Assembly: GCA_951406725.2 (NCBI GenBank)
Contig: OX597831.1
Location: 68,200,001-68,264,000 of the forward strand
Length of the DNA: 64,000 nucleotides
Direction of reading: 5' to 3'
Source of the DNA: Octopus vulgaris
Taxonomy: Eukaryota
Shown piece after piece: positions 52,211-64,000 of the stretch. Made by a program: the position numbers and the translations under genes. The notes below the pieces were generated by a model. It saw only the letters and a program-made list of their open reading frames with translations, did no database searches and was not told the origin of the DNA. How positions within the stretch are numbered: the first letter of the stretch is position 1; each line of letters begins with the position of its first letter.

Positions 52211-52427
52211 ATGTAAATATGTATTTATTTGTTTCATTGATCCATGACAAACTGAAGGGTATTTTCTTCTAATGAACATGTCTACCAAATAACTTAGTAA
52301 ATGGATGTCTGTGCGTGTGTGTTTGTGTAATGTGATAGAAAATAGCAATAGAACTTTATAGAGTACATGGGGTGGAGGAAAAGGTTGTTTGCTTCAATAA
52401 CAAGGAGTTTTCTGTTCCTAGGTTTCA

Positions 52428-52686
52428 GATGGCCTCCGTGCCGGTGACACGTAAAAAGCCCCATCCGATCGTGGCCGTTGCCAGCCTCGCCTGGCCTCCA
52501 TGCCGGTGGCACGTAAAAAACACCCACTACACTCACGGAGTGATTGGCATTAGGAAGGGCATCCAGCCATAGAAACACTGCCAGATCAGACTGGGCCTGG
52601 TGCAGCCTCCTGGCTTCCCAGACCCCAGTTGAACCATCCAACCCATGCTAGCATGGAAAACGGATGCTAAACGATGATGATGATGA
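52428..52686 (+). mobile_element. RTE 3'-UTR-derived short element
   Basis: Homology to 40590-40914. Confidence 0.85.
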
Positions 52687-53357
52687 CATTGTATTTTGTT
52701 CAGAGAGTTAAAAGTAAAATTTGCATATATATTTAATCAGAGCTTTGGAGGTATTGTCAGTTTCCATATGGATTTACCTAACCTCTGACATGTCTTGCAA
52801 GTTATTGGCCATGGAATACATTTTCTATATCATATTTTAGCATTCCACTTTGATTTGATGTTTTTAAAACTTTCATATTATTTTTTTCTTTATCTATACA
52901 ACTTTTTTCATTGTAGCTAACTTCATTATTTTTATTACTAAGGTTATCATTATAAAAAAAGTTCTACGTTGATTCTGCCATTGGAATCATGTCGTGTGAT
53001 TTAGTGAAAATAACTCTCACCAACACCCAATGACTTTGTGAAGAATTCTTGCAGAATAGAAAATGACAGTTTTCTGCAACAATGCTGTTTCCAATATTTC
53101 TCAGTCTCTTTTAAACAATTGATTTGGCTTGGTTATCTACACTTGCATGACAATATTGATAACTTCTTCTCACATATCCCAGAGTGTTCTCTGTTCTCTA
53201 ACAAAGAGGAGATGATACTTTCCAGCTTTTCTGTTTCTTTCCTTTTGTCTCAGTACAGTAAAATCTATAATCTTCTGTATTTCATCCCTTTGACTTTTCT
53301 AAAATAAAGTACCAGTCAAGCACTGGGGAATGATGTCATTGATTAACTACCTTCATC

Positions 53358-53764
53358 GGATCTTTTCGGTTTGAACGGCAGTTTTTCTAGCGGTGTCATA
53401 TGAAATTGTCACCCATAATTATGACCCTAGTATCGCTCTATTGCATTTCAATCTGTTTTAGGGTTAGGGGTGGGGGAAGGGTATCTTTTTTTCTTCACAA
53501 ATGTAAATAAACCCAATCTGTTTCTTAAACGAGGGACATATTCATACGGCACAGAGTGTTTTTTACTCAATAGACGTTATTGATTGGTTGAAATTGCAGA
53601 AATTGAAGAAAAAAACAACAAATATCTTACAAACTATAGAATTTTCTCAATAAAGCCAAGAGAAAAAGGTGTTTTATAAACACATTCTACCAGTATACGA
53701 AGTTTAAAAGTGTTTAGTTACGTGTGAATTATGTTAAAAACTGCCGTTCAAACAGAAAAGATCC
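53358..53764. mobile_element. TTAGGG-containing MITE (copy 2), inserted in a SINE C remnant
   Basis: Same TIRs; TSD ccttcatc (53350-57, 53765-72). Confidence 0.93.
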
Positions 53765-53909
53765 CCTTCATCCCCAAAATTGCTGGCCTTCTACAAAAAT
53801 TTGAAAGGAATTATTATTGTTGTTGTTGTTAGCAGTGGTGATGGTGGTGGTGGAGTAGTAATTAACAGAATTGTTATGAACAAAATACCTTGCAACATTA
53901 AATATGTCT

Positions 53910-54080
53910 AAGGCAGCGAGCTGGCAGAACCATTAGCATGCTGGACAAAATGCTTAGCAGCATTTCCTCTATCTTTAGATTCTGAGTTCAAATTCTGCCA
54001 AGGCTGACTTTGCCTTTCAAACTTTCAAGGACGATAAAATAAGTGCCAGTTAAGCACTGGGGTTGATGTAATTAACTTCC
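53910..54080 (+). mobile_element. SINE family C
   Basis: ggcagcgagctggcagaacc..gagttcaaattc..ctttgcctttc. Confidence 0.8.
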
Positions 54081-54083
54081 ACT

Positions 54084-54238
54084 TTTAGTGGTATATTGGC
54101 GTTAGGAAGGGCATCCAGCTGTAGAAATACTGCCAGATCAGACTGGAGCCTGGTGCAGCCTTCTGGCTTCCCAGATCCCCGGTTGAACCGTCCAACCCAT
54201 GCTAGCATGGAGAATGGACGTTAAACGATGATGATGAT
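54084..54238 (+). mobile_element. RTE 3'-end fragment
   Basis: ggcgttaggaagggcatccagctgtagaa..gttaaacgatgatgat. Confidence 0.85.
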
Positions 54239-54814
54239 GGCATGACATTACACCAGACTCAGTGGTGTGGAATCCATTGTAGTATTCCACTAAATTTTGG
54301 TTGTATAACGGTGTTCTGTCATAAAAGGAAGATGAGACTCCATACAATGATAAACATTTATTTGGGATAGAGGTTACAAACAGTGTTTCATACAATGTAA
54401 GAAATCAAATATTAACACATTGTGGATACTTTGGACAACACGTAAACACTAACCAGTTGTGTGCAACAAAATTGCAAGAGTATCAGAAATGCGTGTGTGG
54501 TGTTATGTGTGAGGCTTAGACATATTCAGTTCATAGCTTGGACTTACTGTTACAAATTCATAGTAGGTGTCAACGAAGTTGGTGACACTACAGTCAATTG
54601 ACTCTTCAGCTGTGACGGTAGAGTTAGTTGCTGAACAAATCACCAAATTAATGCGGGAAAATGACAGCAGTCTGAAATCTATTAGGCAAGCATCATTAGA
54701 ATGATGGTAATAAGAAGACTGCTCGGCAAACGTTATTAGGATGTCAGTAACTGCATGTGGTCTGTGACCTGAGTCAAAAGAGAAAGATCAGAGCTCCTTG
54801 GTATCCAAATGGCA

Positions 54815-54845
<31 letters not shown>

Positions 54846-54884
54846 CCACTCTCCACCACCAGAATATTTAGGTGTCAACTGCGA

Positions 54885-54982
54885 TGCCACCTGGTGGTGT
54901 TTACCAGCAAAGGGATGTAATTCAGTTATCCACGCTACCTGGTGGCATTTACCAGCAAACGGATGTAATTCAGCTATCCTGC
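54885..54982. repeat. Two-copy tandem repeat, period 48 bp
   Basis: acctggtgg..tttaccagcaaa.ggatgtaattcag.tatcc at 54889 and 54937. Confidence 0.85.
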
Positions 54983-55634
54983 AATGTAACTACACTCTCT
55001 TCCCTAGAAATCGCTGGGCTTGTGCCAAGATTTGAAATAGATATTAAATATCTCCTTTTATAGTTGTACAGAATCTTGTCTGTGTCAGATCTATATATCA
55101 CTTATTTTGTGACAGTAGAGTCAGTTAAGTTTTGGAATTTACAAATTGTGCTTCCTGTATTTTTTCCTATAGGAAACATATAGCCAAACACAATCACACC
55201 AGACTAGCTAATAATTTCCTTAGCATTAATTTAATAGTTGCTCCTTAAAAAGGTATGATTTTAATAATATTTTTTTGGTACAGTATTTATATGTGATCTA
55301 TATAAAAAGATCACTAGATACTGTTTGACCCAGTATTTGTATATAATAGGAAGGTTTAGTTGTATATTGCTAAGCCAGTAAAATCTCTCTTCAAGCATAT
55401 GTTATATAATAATATATGCTTCAAAAGAGAGCTGTCCCTTATTAATGCAAAATGAAATGAAGATAAGGTAATGTGATTAAAAGAAATCCACCACTTGTAA
55501 CCAATAATTAAGGTCTTAGTACAGAAAGGTTTTTTTTCATCAGCAGGATGATCAATAAATCTTTTGCTGTAATTCACAGTGGTATATAAAATTATATTTC
55601 TTTAAAGAATCTGGATTTGTTTGGTCATGCTGGT

Positions 55635-56165
55635 CAGGGCCAGTGCTAGGAAGTGTGGGGCCCAATTAGGGAATTGCTTGCTTTACAAAAGCTAAAAATT
55701 GATGTATTATACTTAGTCCCACCGAAAAAGCATTGAGGACTTGAAACTTCACAATTAGCCATAATGATATACTAAAAATTGAAAGCTGATGTGGAAGTTT
55801 CATTACAAGTCAAGATAATAGCTAACATATCATTTCTGAAGAGGCCTTCTAAAAACAGACTTATCTGGGTTTTTTGAACTCTTTCAAAATCATTTCAAAG
55901 TCAATGGTTTTTGTAATGTTATTTTCTATAGATAGTGTTGCCAAATTATTTAGTTCTCTCTTGCTGATCATAAGTACGTTTTAATCAATTATAGTTTTGA
56001 AAAAGTTATTTTGCTTGATGCTACTGCTATGGGCATTGTTAAGTAAATCCTCAAAACAATAAAAACATTAGTAAATGTTTAATTTACCATAGCGTCCTCT
56101 GTCTGAGTGTGTGCATGGGGCCCACTTTGAACAAAACTGTCTAATTGGCTTAAAAATCAGCCCTG
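55635..56165 (-). mobile_element. hAT deletion derivative retaining the transposase C-terminal dimerisation remnant
   Basis: cagggc..gccctg ends; exact 8-bp TSD atgctggt; minus strand TMPIAVASSKITFSKL*LIKTYL..LNNLATLSIENNI. Confidence 0.9.
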
Positions 56166-58040
56166 ATGCTGGTGGCCACCACTGTGTCTGAGAACAAATT
56201 CATGATTCAAAAGGAGTTGGGATATGTGGGTAATTCTCTGAGCATGCAACTAATTGGTTCGTTTGTATATTGATTGAAAGCCTAACTACTCAATCCACAT
56301 TCTTGCTACCAACTTCATTCTGGATCTGCTGAAAACACATGGAAGCACATATGCACATACAAATTTAAACTATATAATATTTCAATATTTTCAATTGAAT
56401 ATAGCTTTGAAATTGTTTTAGAACATCATGTTATTCAACATTTAGGAACTGACCATTGAGAAAAACTTAAGATAATAGAAATAATATCAATGAATATTGT
56501 AATTAATATCAACAAACATAGTTCACATCTCCCAGGAAACAAACTGAATTGAAGTGTAAGAATTACGTAATTTGTATTGATCCATCATCCTTATCATCAT
56601 CATCATCATCATCATCATTTCTTTGATGTCTACTTTTCCACATTTGCACAGTCAGATGAAAGTATGATGTAGCAGAGTTTTCTATAGTCTGATTCCCTTC
56701 TTGTTGCCAAGCCTCATTTGTTTCCAAATGAGATCATAATCTTCCAGTATATTGAACAACAAATGCCCTAGACATGTTTATGTGAGGAACTGGAAACAAT
56801 TTGTACCATATGAATGAGCATTTTGCTTACAAAGATTGTGCAACATGTCAAAAAGTTGAAATATGTTTTCAGGGTAAGCAAAGGACACCTTCAAAGAACC
56901 CATTGTTAATAATCATGTAGATAAGGAAATAAAAACTCACTTACACAAATATGCACATAGGTATACACACACACACACACACGCGCGCGCGCACATACAC
57001 ACACACTGGGTAGATGTATTGCTACAAACAATGTCTGCTTTCTCTATTAATCTTCCAGTAATTCCACACTACATCTCATGTGTCCATAGTTTGCACTGAG
57101 TATACTATACCCACTATACATATATAGTTACTAGAAATAGGGGCCTTTCTGTTATAATGTATTGAAGAATAGTTTTCAATTGTATTTAGTCCCGTAATTT
57201 ATCACTTCTAATGAATCAACAGATTTCACACACTCACACACACACACATGTCTATAATATAAGATTAACAGAGCATTACTTTTATGACCAGATGTGTACA
57301 CCATCCTCACTCCCTTAGATCCCATGACATAATTTACTCTACCTTTGTGAACCAATACATGGGACTCGAACATACCTCTATGTAATTGTGGATATATAGA
57401 GGTGTGGGTTCAAGTACTATGCATACAGCAAAATGTACTTTTATCCAACGAATATCTAATATTTAAATATCTAATATTAAATATCTAACATTTAAGCATA
57501 TAAATGCTTAAATATTAGATATGGTGATCGCTTATAACCCTTAAGTTTTTAATACATACATACATAGAATAAACAAAAATTTCCCCTCTTCCTCCATAAA
57601 GATATATTTAAATCTTTCATTCTTAGCATAAACAAAATTCAGAATAAATCAGCAAAAGACCCTCAACTATGGAATACCATTTACTATATAAAACATTCTT
57701 GGCCCCTATAAATACATGATAAATATATATATATGAAAGAAATTGTTGTATACAGTGCTCAGGTGCACTACAGCTCAACAGAACAACAATAAAATATACA
57801 TACAAGTGAACAAATTTTTTAAAAACCTAGCCTGGATGAAAACAACATTCACACCAATGAAAGATTTAAATATATCTTTATGGGGGAAGGGGGGAAATTT
57901 TTGTTTATTCTATTAAACCATTGCAGAATGTGCTTTTTTAAAATCATAAATCTTTAGTAATGTTTGCTTGTTATATGCATATTTATATGGATGCATGTGT
58001 TGCAGTCAAAACCTATTTTTATTTTGTGTAGTAATATATA

Positions 58041-59340
58041 CAGGGTGTCCCAAAATTAAGGCAACTAACTTTTTACAATTCTGCCAGAGCAAAATATTGT
58101 TATATTTTGAATCTGGGCATTGCAATGGTAAAGGAAGCAAAATTATGACATTATATATCATTTATTTGATATATGACCACCTCTGTTTGAATCACAGCCT
58201 TAAGTCTAGGTAGAAATGCTTCACATGCAGCTCTTCTTTCGGAATTGAAACCCCTTCCTGGTGCAGTTTTGCCCTCAGAGCATCGAGCAAAGCATGAGGA
58301 GTGCTCAAGACTCTCATCTCCAAAATAGACCAAACAGAAAAATCTAATGGGTTGAGATTGGAGCTTCTTGAGGGTCTTACATTCTTGCCTATGAACGACA
58401 GAAAGTTTTTCTGAATCCTGTGTTGTGTTTGGAGCTGTAGGATGGTGTTGAATCCTGTTAGGGGCCCCAAGATGCGTCTTGAAAGTGCTCATTTGCCCAT
58501 GGAAGCAGCTCAGCTTTCATAATGTCATTAATTTATCACTGGGTGTTAATTTTAACACCCGAGGGCACAAAAACGTGGGAAAGGGGGCCTTCCAGTGGCT
58601 GTCACAATCACCCAAACTATAACTAACTCTGGATTTTGACGTCGATTTATGAGTCTACCCTCGATGGAGCCAGATACACCCAAAGTCGGTCATTCTGGTG
58701 GTTTACTGTTTGTTTGATGTAAAATTTGTTTTCATCAGTGAACACCAGGCTAGGAAGCATGCCTTCAGCAATCTGACGCAGAATAACACAATTTATCTCC
58801 AGTCTCATGACCTTATAAACTTGTGTGAGCTCAAGACAGAAGAAGAGTGAGTTCTGAGATCCTCCTTCAGTGCTCAATACATCAATGTTTGGCTTATTTT
58901 TGCTGTGACAGCGACTTTTCTGATGTAACGACAAGTATTTCACTAAATCTTTTCTTTGGTACTTTTGATCAGCTGAGGGGTCTGCACACTTTTTTTATGG
59001 TCACGTCCAGGTCGATCAAGGACGAATCCAGTCTCTTGAACTTCCCTGACAATTTTCCAAACTTTCGTTCAGTTAATTTAAAGCATTTTTGCTATAGCTG
59101 TATTACCTTTTCCTCCATTCTGGAGGGTTGTGATTGTATTTCGGTCTACAGCAATTTTCTAATTTATAAATCTGAATTTATTTAGTCTGAAACAAAACGA
59201 AGACATACTAATCTTTTATAAAGATGTACTTGGTTTAGAATGGGTAATCAGGAGTCACAAATTTCTTGATCGACTGATAAAATGGAGTGGCATGATTTGT
59301 AGATTCTGGTTTGATTTGGAACTTGCCTTTTTGGTGAACG
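58041..59340 (-). mobile_element. maT/DD37D-like transposon, decayed
   Basis: ta|cagggtgtcccaaaattaaggcaac end; LVFTDENKF..NHQNDRLW and SNLNPLDFSVWSILE. Confidence 0.87.
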
Positions 59341-59822
59341 GAAGCAATGTACACAAATCTGTCTGATCAGAAACACTGCAAACTGTTTATAAGATTATTG
59401 AAGTATCAGTAAATTCGATTTGTGTGTAAATTCGATGTGTATGTGTGTGTGTGTACATGTACTGAGCATGTTTAGATGACCAAAGACCGCTGCTATTGCT
59501 GTGTTGTCCAAGTCTGAATTGAGTTAAGGTATATTGGTAGTCAGGCAATCAACAGAACCATGATCTAAGATATACCAAGCTTTATGGTGAATCAAACGGC
59601 ATGCTGTATAAAAAGCAGCCTAGCAGTCTGGTAATGTAGCATTTTTCATCTATGTATATAGGCTCAACTAGTGAGAGCAGCAGAGTTATGTGATGGAAAA
59701 GTGAGGGCATTTATTAAAATTTGGAAGTAGATGACATTGGGGGATGTGAAGGCATTGAAAACACTCTGGTGATAGTGCTTACCTAACAGGAACATGTGTG
59801 CTGAGTGCAATGTCACAGATAT

Positions 59823-60244
59823 AGGTGCAGGAGTGGCTGTGTGGTAAGTAGCTTGTTTACCAACCACATGGTTCCGGGTTCAGTCCCACTGCGTGACACC
59901 TTGGGCAAGTGTCTTCTACTATAGCCTCGGGCTGACCATAGCCTTGTGAGTGGATTTGGTAGACAGAAACTGAAAGAAGCCCGTCATATATATGTATATA
60001 TATATATATGCATGTGTGTGTTTGTGTGTCTGTGTTTGTCCCCCTAGCATTGCTTGACAACCGATGCTGGTGTGTTTATGTCCCCGTTACTTAGCGGTTC
60101 GGCAAAAGAGACCGATAGAATAAGTACTGGACTTACAAAAAAGAAAAAGTCCCGGGGTTGAGTTGCTCGATTAAAGGCGGTGCTCCAGCATGGCCACAGT
60201 CAAATGACTGAAACAAGTAAAAGAGAGTAAAAGAGAAAGAGAGT
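59823..60244 (+). mobile_element. SINE family A
   Basis: Homology to other copies. Confidence 0.9.
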
Positions 60245-60276
60245 ATATATGGGCAACTTTCTGGTATAGAAAAATA

Positions 60277-61549
60277 CAAGCAGGTACCCAAAAGTAACTG
60301 GAAACATTCTTTATGGGGCAAGCCCATTCTAGTTCAGGCTTCTGCTAGAAGCCAATTGATGCAACCCTCAGGCATCAGCCTGCTGACTGACGTGATTGGA
60401 TAATGTCATACTGACACGTAGTGCATCTTTGTTTGGAAGTGCTTCTCCCCTGTGTGTTGATTTTTGTGATGGCTGGAAGGAAGGGATAGTGTGCTTCCAT
60501 GAAATTCTGTTTCCTGCTGAGGAAAGCAGTGACCAAAACAGTTTCACATGCTTCGAACAGCTTATTAGGATGTTGCCATGAACAAAACATAAGTTTATGA
60601 TTAGTTTTCACACTTTAGGAATCGTCACTTGTCACTTAAAGACCAACTTCATTTAGGATGACTGTCGACCTCTCATATGAATGGAAACATCACGAAAATT
60701 CATGAACTAATCTTGGATGTCCATCACCAAACAATTGACAAACTTGTTGGTATGACTGATGTGTCCTGGAGCTCCTACTAATGAATTTTGAGAGGGGAGT
60801 TGCGAGTGAAAAGAATGCAGCAAAATTTGTGCCTCATTTGCTCGTGGAAGATCAAAAGCAGCCGTGACTGAATGCATGTCATGAACTGAAAGAACAGTTC
60901 GAATTTGATCCGAGCCTGTTTTTGAAGGTCAACACTGGTGACAAAAGCTGGTGCTTTGGCTACGAACTGGAAACGATGCCCCCACCCAAAAGTATATTAA
61001 ATGGAGTCCAATGTCAAAACGATGCTGATTTGTTTTATCATTGTGAAAGGAATTGTCCACACAGAATTTGTCCCTCCTGGTCAAACTGTTAACCAAACAT
61101 TTTACTTGGCAGTTCTGAAGTGTTTGCAAGACACAGTGAGCTGAAATGCTCGACCAGTGGCAAAGTTGAGAGTGGTGGTTCTGTGACAATACACCTGCAT
61201 ACACCGTCTTGAGTGTGGAACAGTTTTTGACTGAAAATGGCATAACCCCACTTACTCACCCTCATTATTCACCCAACCTTGCCCCCTGCAACTCTCTTTT
61301 ATTCCCCTATATGAAAAATGTCTGAAAAGGAAAACATTTTGCTGATGTAGAAGAGGTGAAGAAAACGATGGAGTCATTAAAAGACATCACTTTGCAAGAG
61401 TTTCAGGACTGCTTCAAACAGTGGAAAATGTATCTGGACTGATGCATTACTTCAAATGGAGAATATTTTGAAGGCAATAAAAGTGTAAACATGTAAAACT
61501 AAGGAAATAAAATATAGCAAAATTTTGGTTTCCTTTGGTTACTCCCTTG
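60277..61549 (+). mobile_element. mariner (DD34D-type) transposon, decayed
   Basis: Degenerate TIR ta|caag..gta.ccaaa at both ends; FVPHLL, TGDKSWCFGY, GIVHTEFVPPGQTVNQTFY, DNTPAYT, HPHYSPNLAPCN. Confidence 0.9.
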
Positions 61550-61926
61550 TATGCCTTATATGGTGAGTTCTTAAAAGGAAGTTTTGTTTGCTAAATGTCA
61601 TGTTGACTATGTAAGGAATGTATGAGTTACCATGAAAGGTTAACACAGGTGCATGTTGGCATAAACATTAAGGATATATCTGTTTCTTGAGAGCTGTATT
61701 ATTTATTTAGTGTCTTTGTACATAAATTCACACACACACACACACATACACGTGTGTGTACGTGAACCCAGTTTGCTTACATGTTCGATAGCTTTTGCTT
61801 ATTGGGGTGGGGTGTATTGTTTCTACATCTGGATGATCATGAAGTAGGTGTGAAGCATTTCTTTTGTACAAGACAAACAGGAAATGATGTGAAACAGAAG
61901 AGACTGAGGAAACTTGTAATAATCTG

Positions 61927-62363
61927 GGATCTTCTCGGTTTGAATGGCAGTTTTTTCTAGCGATGTCATATGAAATTGTCACTCATAATTATGACCCTAG
62001 TATCGATCTATTGCATTTCAATCTGTTTTAGGGTTAGGTTTAGTTAGGGTTGGTTAGGGTTAGGGGTGGGGGGAAGGGTATCTTTTTTCTTCAGAAATGT
62101 AAATAAACCCAATCTGTTTCTTAAATGAGGGACATATTCATACGGCACAGAATGTTTTCACCTCAAAAACTCGTCATTGATTGGTTGAAATTGCCAAAAT
62201 TGAAGAAAATATTTTACAAATATTTTACAAACTATAGAATTTTCCCAATAAAGCCAAGAGAAAAAGATGTTTTATAAACATATTCTACCAGTATATGAAG
62301 TTTAAAATTTTTTAGTTACCTAGAAATTATGTTTAAAAACTGCCGTTCAAACCGAAAAGATCC
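61927..62363. mobile_element. TTAGGG-containing MITE (copy 3)
   Basis: Same TIRs; TSD ataatctg (61919-26, 62364-71). Confidence 0.93.
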
Positions 62364-63047
62364 ATAATCTGTATCAGCCAATACGTTTTGCTACTGTGAG
62401 GAACAGGAGACATTGAATAGTGATATTAGAGAATTAATATTCTGAGGGGTCAATTACTTAGGTAAGATCTGAACTTTAAGATCTTGTGCTCCAATAGTTC
62501 AAACTCTAACCATGCAGCCATTATACTCCTTTACTAACGACTATGTATTTCAATACAGATAATTTATAATAGTGGATTGAAACTCTCCTAGTATACTATT
62601 GTTAGCTGTTTTATCAATCATTGGATTGAATTCAAAATTGGTCTCGTCAGCATTTGGACTATGAATATAAAGACAATATAACCAAGTACCCAAACATCTC
62701 TGCTAACTTGCTATCCTTTTCTATTTTAAATAGTAATGCTTACAGTTACAAAGTAATGTGAAACAAGTTTATTAGTTAGACACTCTGACATAAAAGCCAT
62801 CTAATTTTGATCCTAGCTGCTTTATGTTTAACAATCTAATTTCGATGGCAATTGAAGAAATTTTCCTGGCAGACATTTCATGGCAGACATTAGCCATTTT
62901 AAGTTTGAAATAAATTGTCTTGGAATTATAACATATATTACTGGAGGAATCAAATAAATTGATAAGAATATTCTTAAGTGAGAACATATATCTCAAAATT
63001 TGTATGATAGATAAAAATAGTTGCTTGACTATCTTGATAGTATTTTC

Positions 63048-63400
63048 TCATTTTACTTGTTTCAATCATTAGACTGCAACCATGTTGAGGCATAACCTTG
63101 AAGAATTTTAGTTGAAGGAATCAACCCCAGTTCTTTTGTATTTTTTTAAGCTTGATACTTATTTTATTGGTCTCCTTTGCTGAACTTCTAAGATACAGGA
63201 ATGTAAACATACCAACACCAGCTGTCAAGCAGTGGCAGCACGTGCATGCGCGCACACACACACACACACGCATGCACACACGCATGCACACATGCATACA
63301 TACACACACGCACGCACGCATACACACACACACGCATGCATGCATGCATACACACACACGCAGGCATACACACACACATGCACGCATACACACACACACG

Positions 63401-63451
<51 letters not shown>

Positions 63452-63636
63452 GCACACAAACACACGCACACACACACGCACACACACCAGGCTCTTTTCA
63501 GTTTCTGTTTACCACGTCCACTCACAAGGGCTTTGGCTATAATAGAAAACACTTGCCCAAGGTGCCTCACAATGGGACTGAACCCCAAACTGTGTGATTG
63601 GGAAGTAAGTTTCTTACCACAACAGTTGTACCTGCA
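63048..63636 (-). mobile_element. Old SINE A copy with an expanded compound (CA)/(CACG)/(CATG) microsatellite (63240-63487)
   Basis: SINE A flanks on both sides of the repeat. Confidence 0.82.
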
Positions 63637-63815
63637 TCTATATGTTGGAGAATTACTGGAAACGTGCTTTTTAATGCAGTACATATCAACAAATATCATT
63701 TTACCCGAGTCCTTTCCATTACTTGCAATTCTGTGGCTGATGACACCAAAATTACAAAGTTAACAAAACATTGACAAATTATGCAAGTAAACCATATTTT
63801 CATATGGTCTCATCA

Positions 63816-64000
63816 GGCGAGTTGGCAGAAACGTTAGCACACCAGGCGAAATGCGTAGCCGTATTTCGTCTGCTGTTATGTTCTGGGTTCAAATTCCGCC
63901 GAGGTCGACTTTGCCTTTCATCCTTTTGGGGTCGATAAATTAAGTACCAGTTATGCACTGGGGTCGATGTAATCAATTTAATCCGTTCGTCTGTCCTTGC
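63816..64000 (+). mobile_element. SINE family C (cut by window end)
   Basis: Homology to 24755-24990. Confidence 0.88.

Noticed and set aside
62772-62996. Possible hAT C-terminal remnant (..SIAIEIRLL..)
   Set aside because: Similarity too weak; no TIR or TSD found
63121-63763. Longest ORFs (192-203 aa, His/Thr or Cys/Val rich)
   Set aside because: Read-through of (CA)n compound microsatellite inside a SINE

Overview
AT-rich eukaryotic (metazoan) non-coding DNA, most likely a large intron or intergenic region of an octopus/coleoid cephalopod genome. That assignment is inferred from the tRNA-derived SINE families, RTE/Penelope/R4 LINE remnants and very dense (TA)n/(CA)n/(AAT)n microsatellites. 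No intact host protein-coding gene is recognisable; nearly all listed ORFs are microsatellite or SINE read-throughs or decayed transposon frames. The window holds about 15 copies or fragments of a CORE-like SINE, other tRNA-SINE families, two long RTE LINE remnants plus their 3'-end derivatives, R4/Dong-like and CR1/L2-like fragments, two Penelope-like remnants, nine decayed Tc1/mariner-superfamily elements, a hAT deletion derivative and several MITEs. The most notable items are: a minimal type I hammerhead ribozyme at the end of a Penelope element; a short RTE-derived element with a perfect pseudoknot; a young 8-bp-TSD MITE carrying TTAGGG repeats (3 copies); a variable array of hairpin units in an RTE 3' UTR; a covarying LINE/SINE 3' stem-loop; long inverted repeats; and a candidate 12-nt microexon. 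I found no convincing novel multi-gene system. Coordinates were read by eye, and the edges of decayed elements are approximate.
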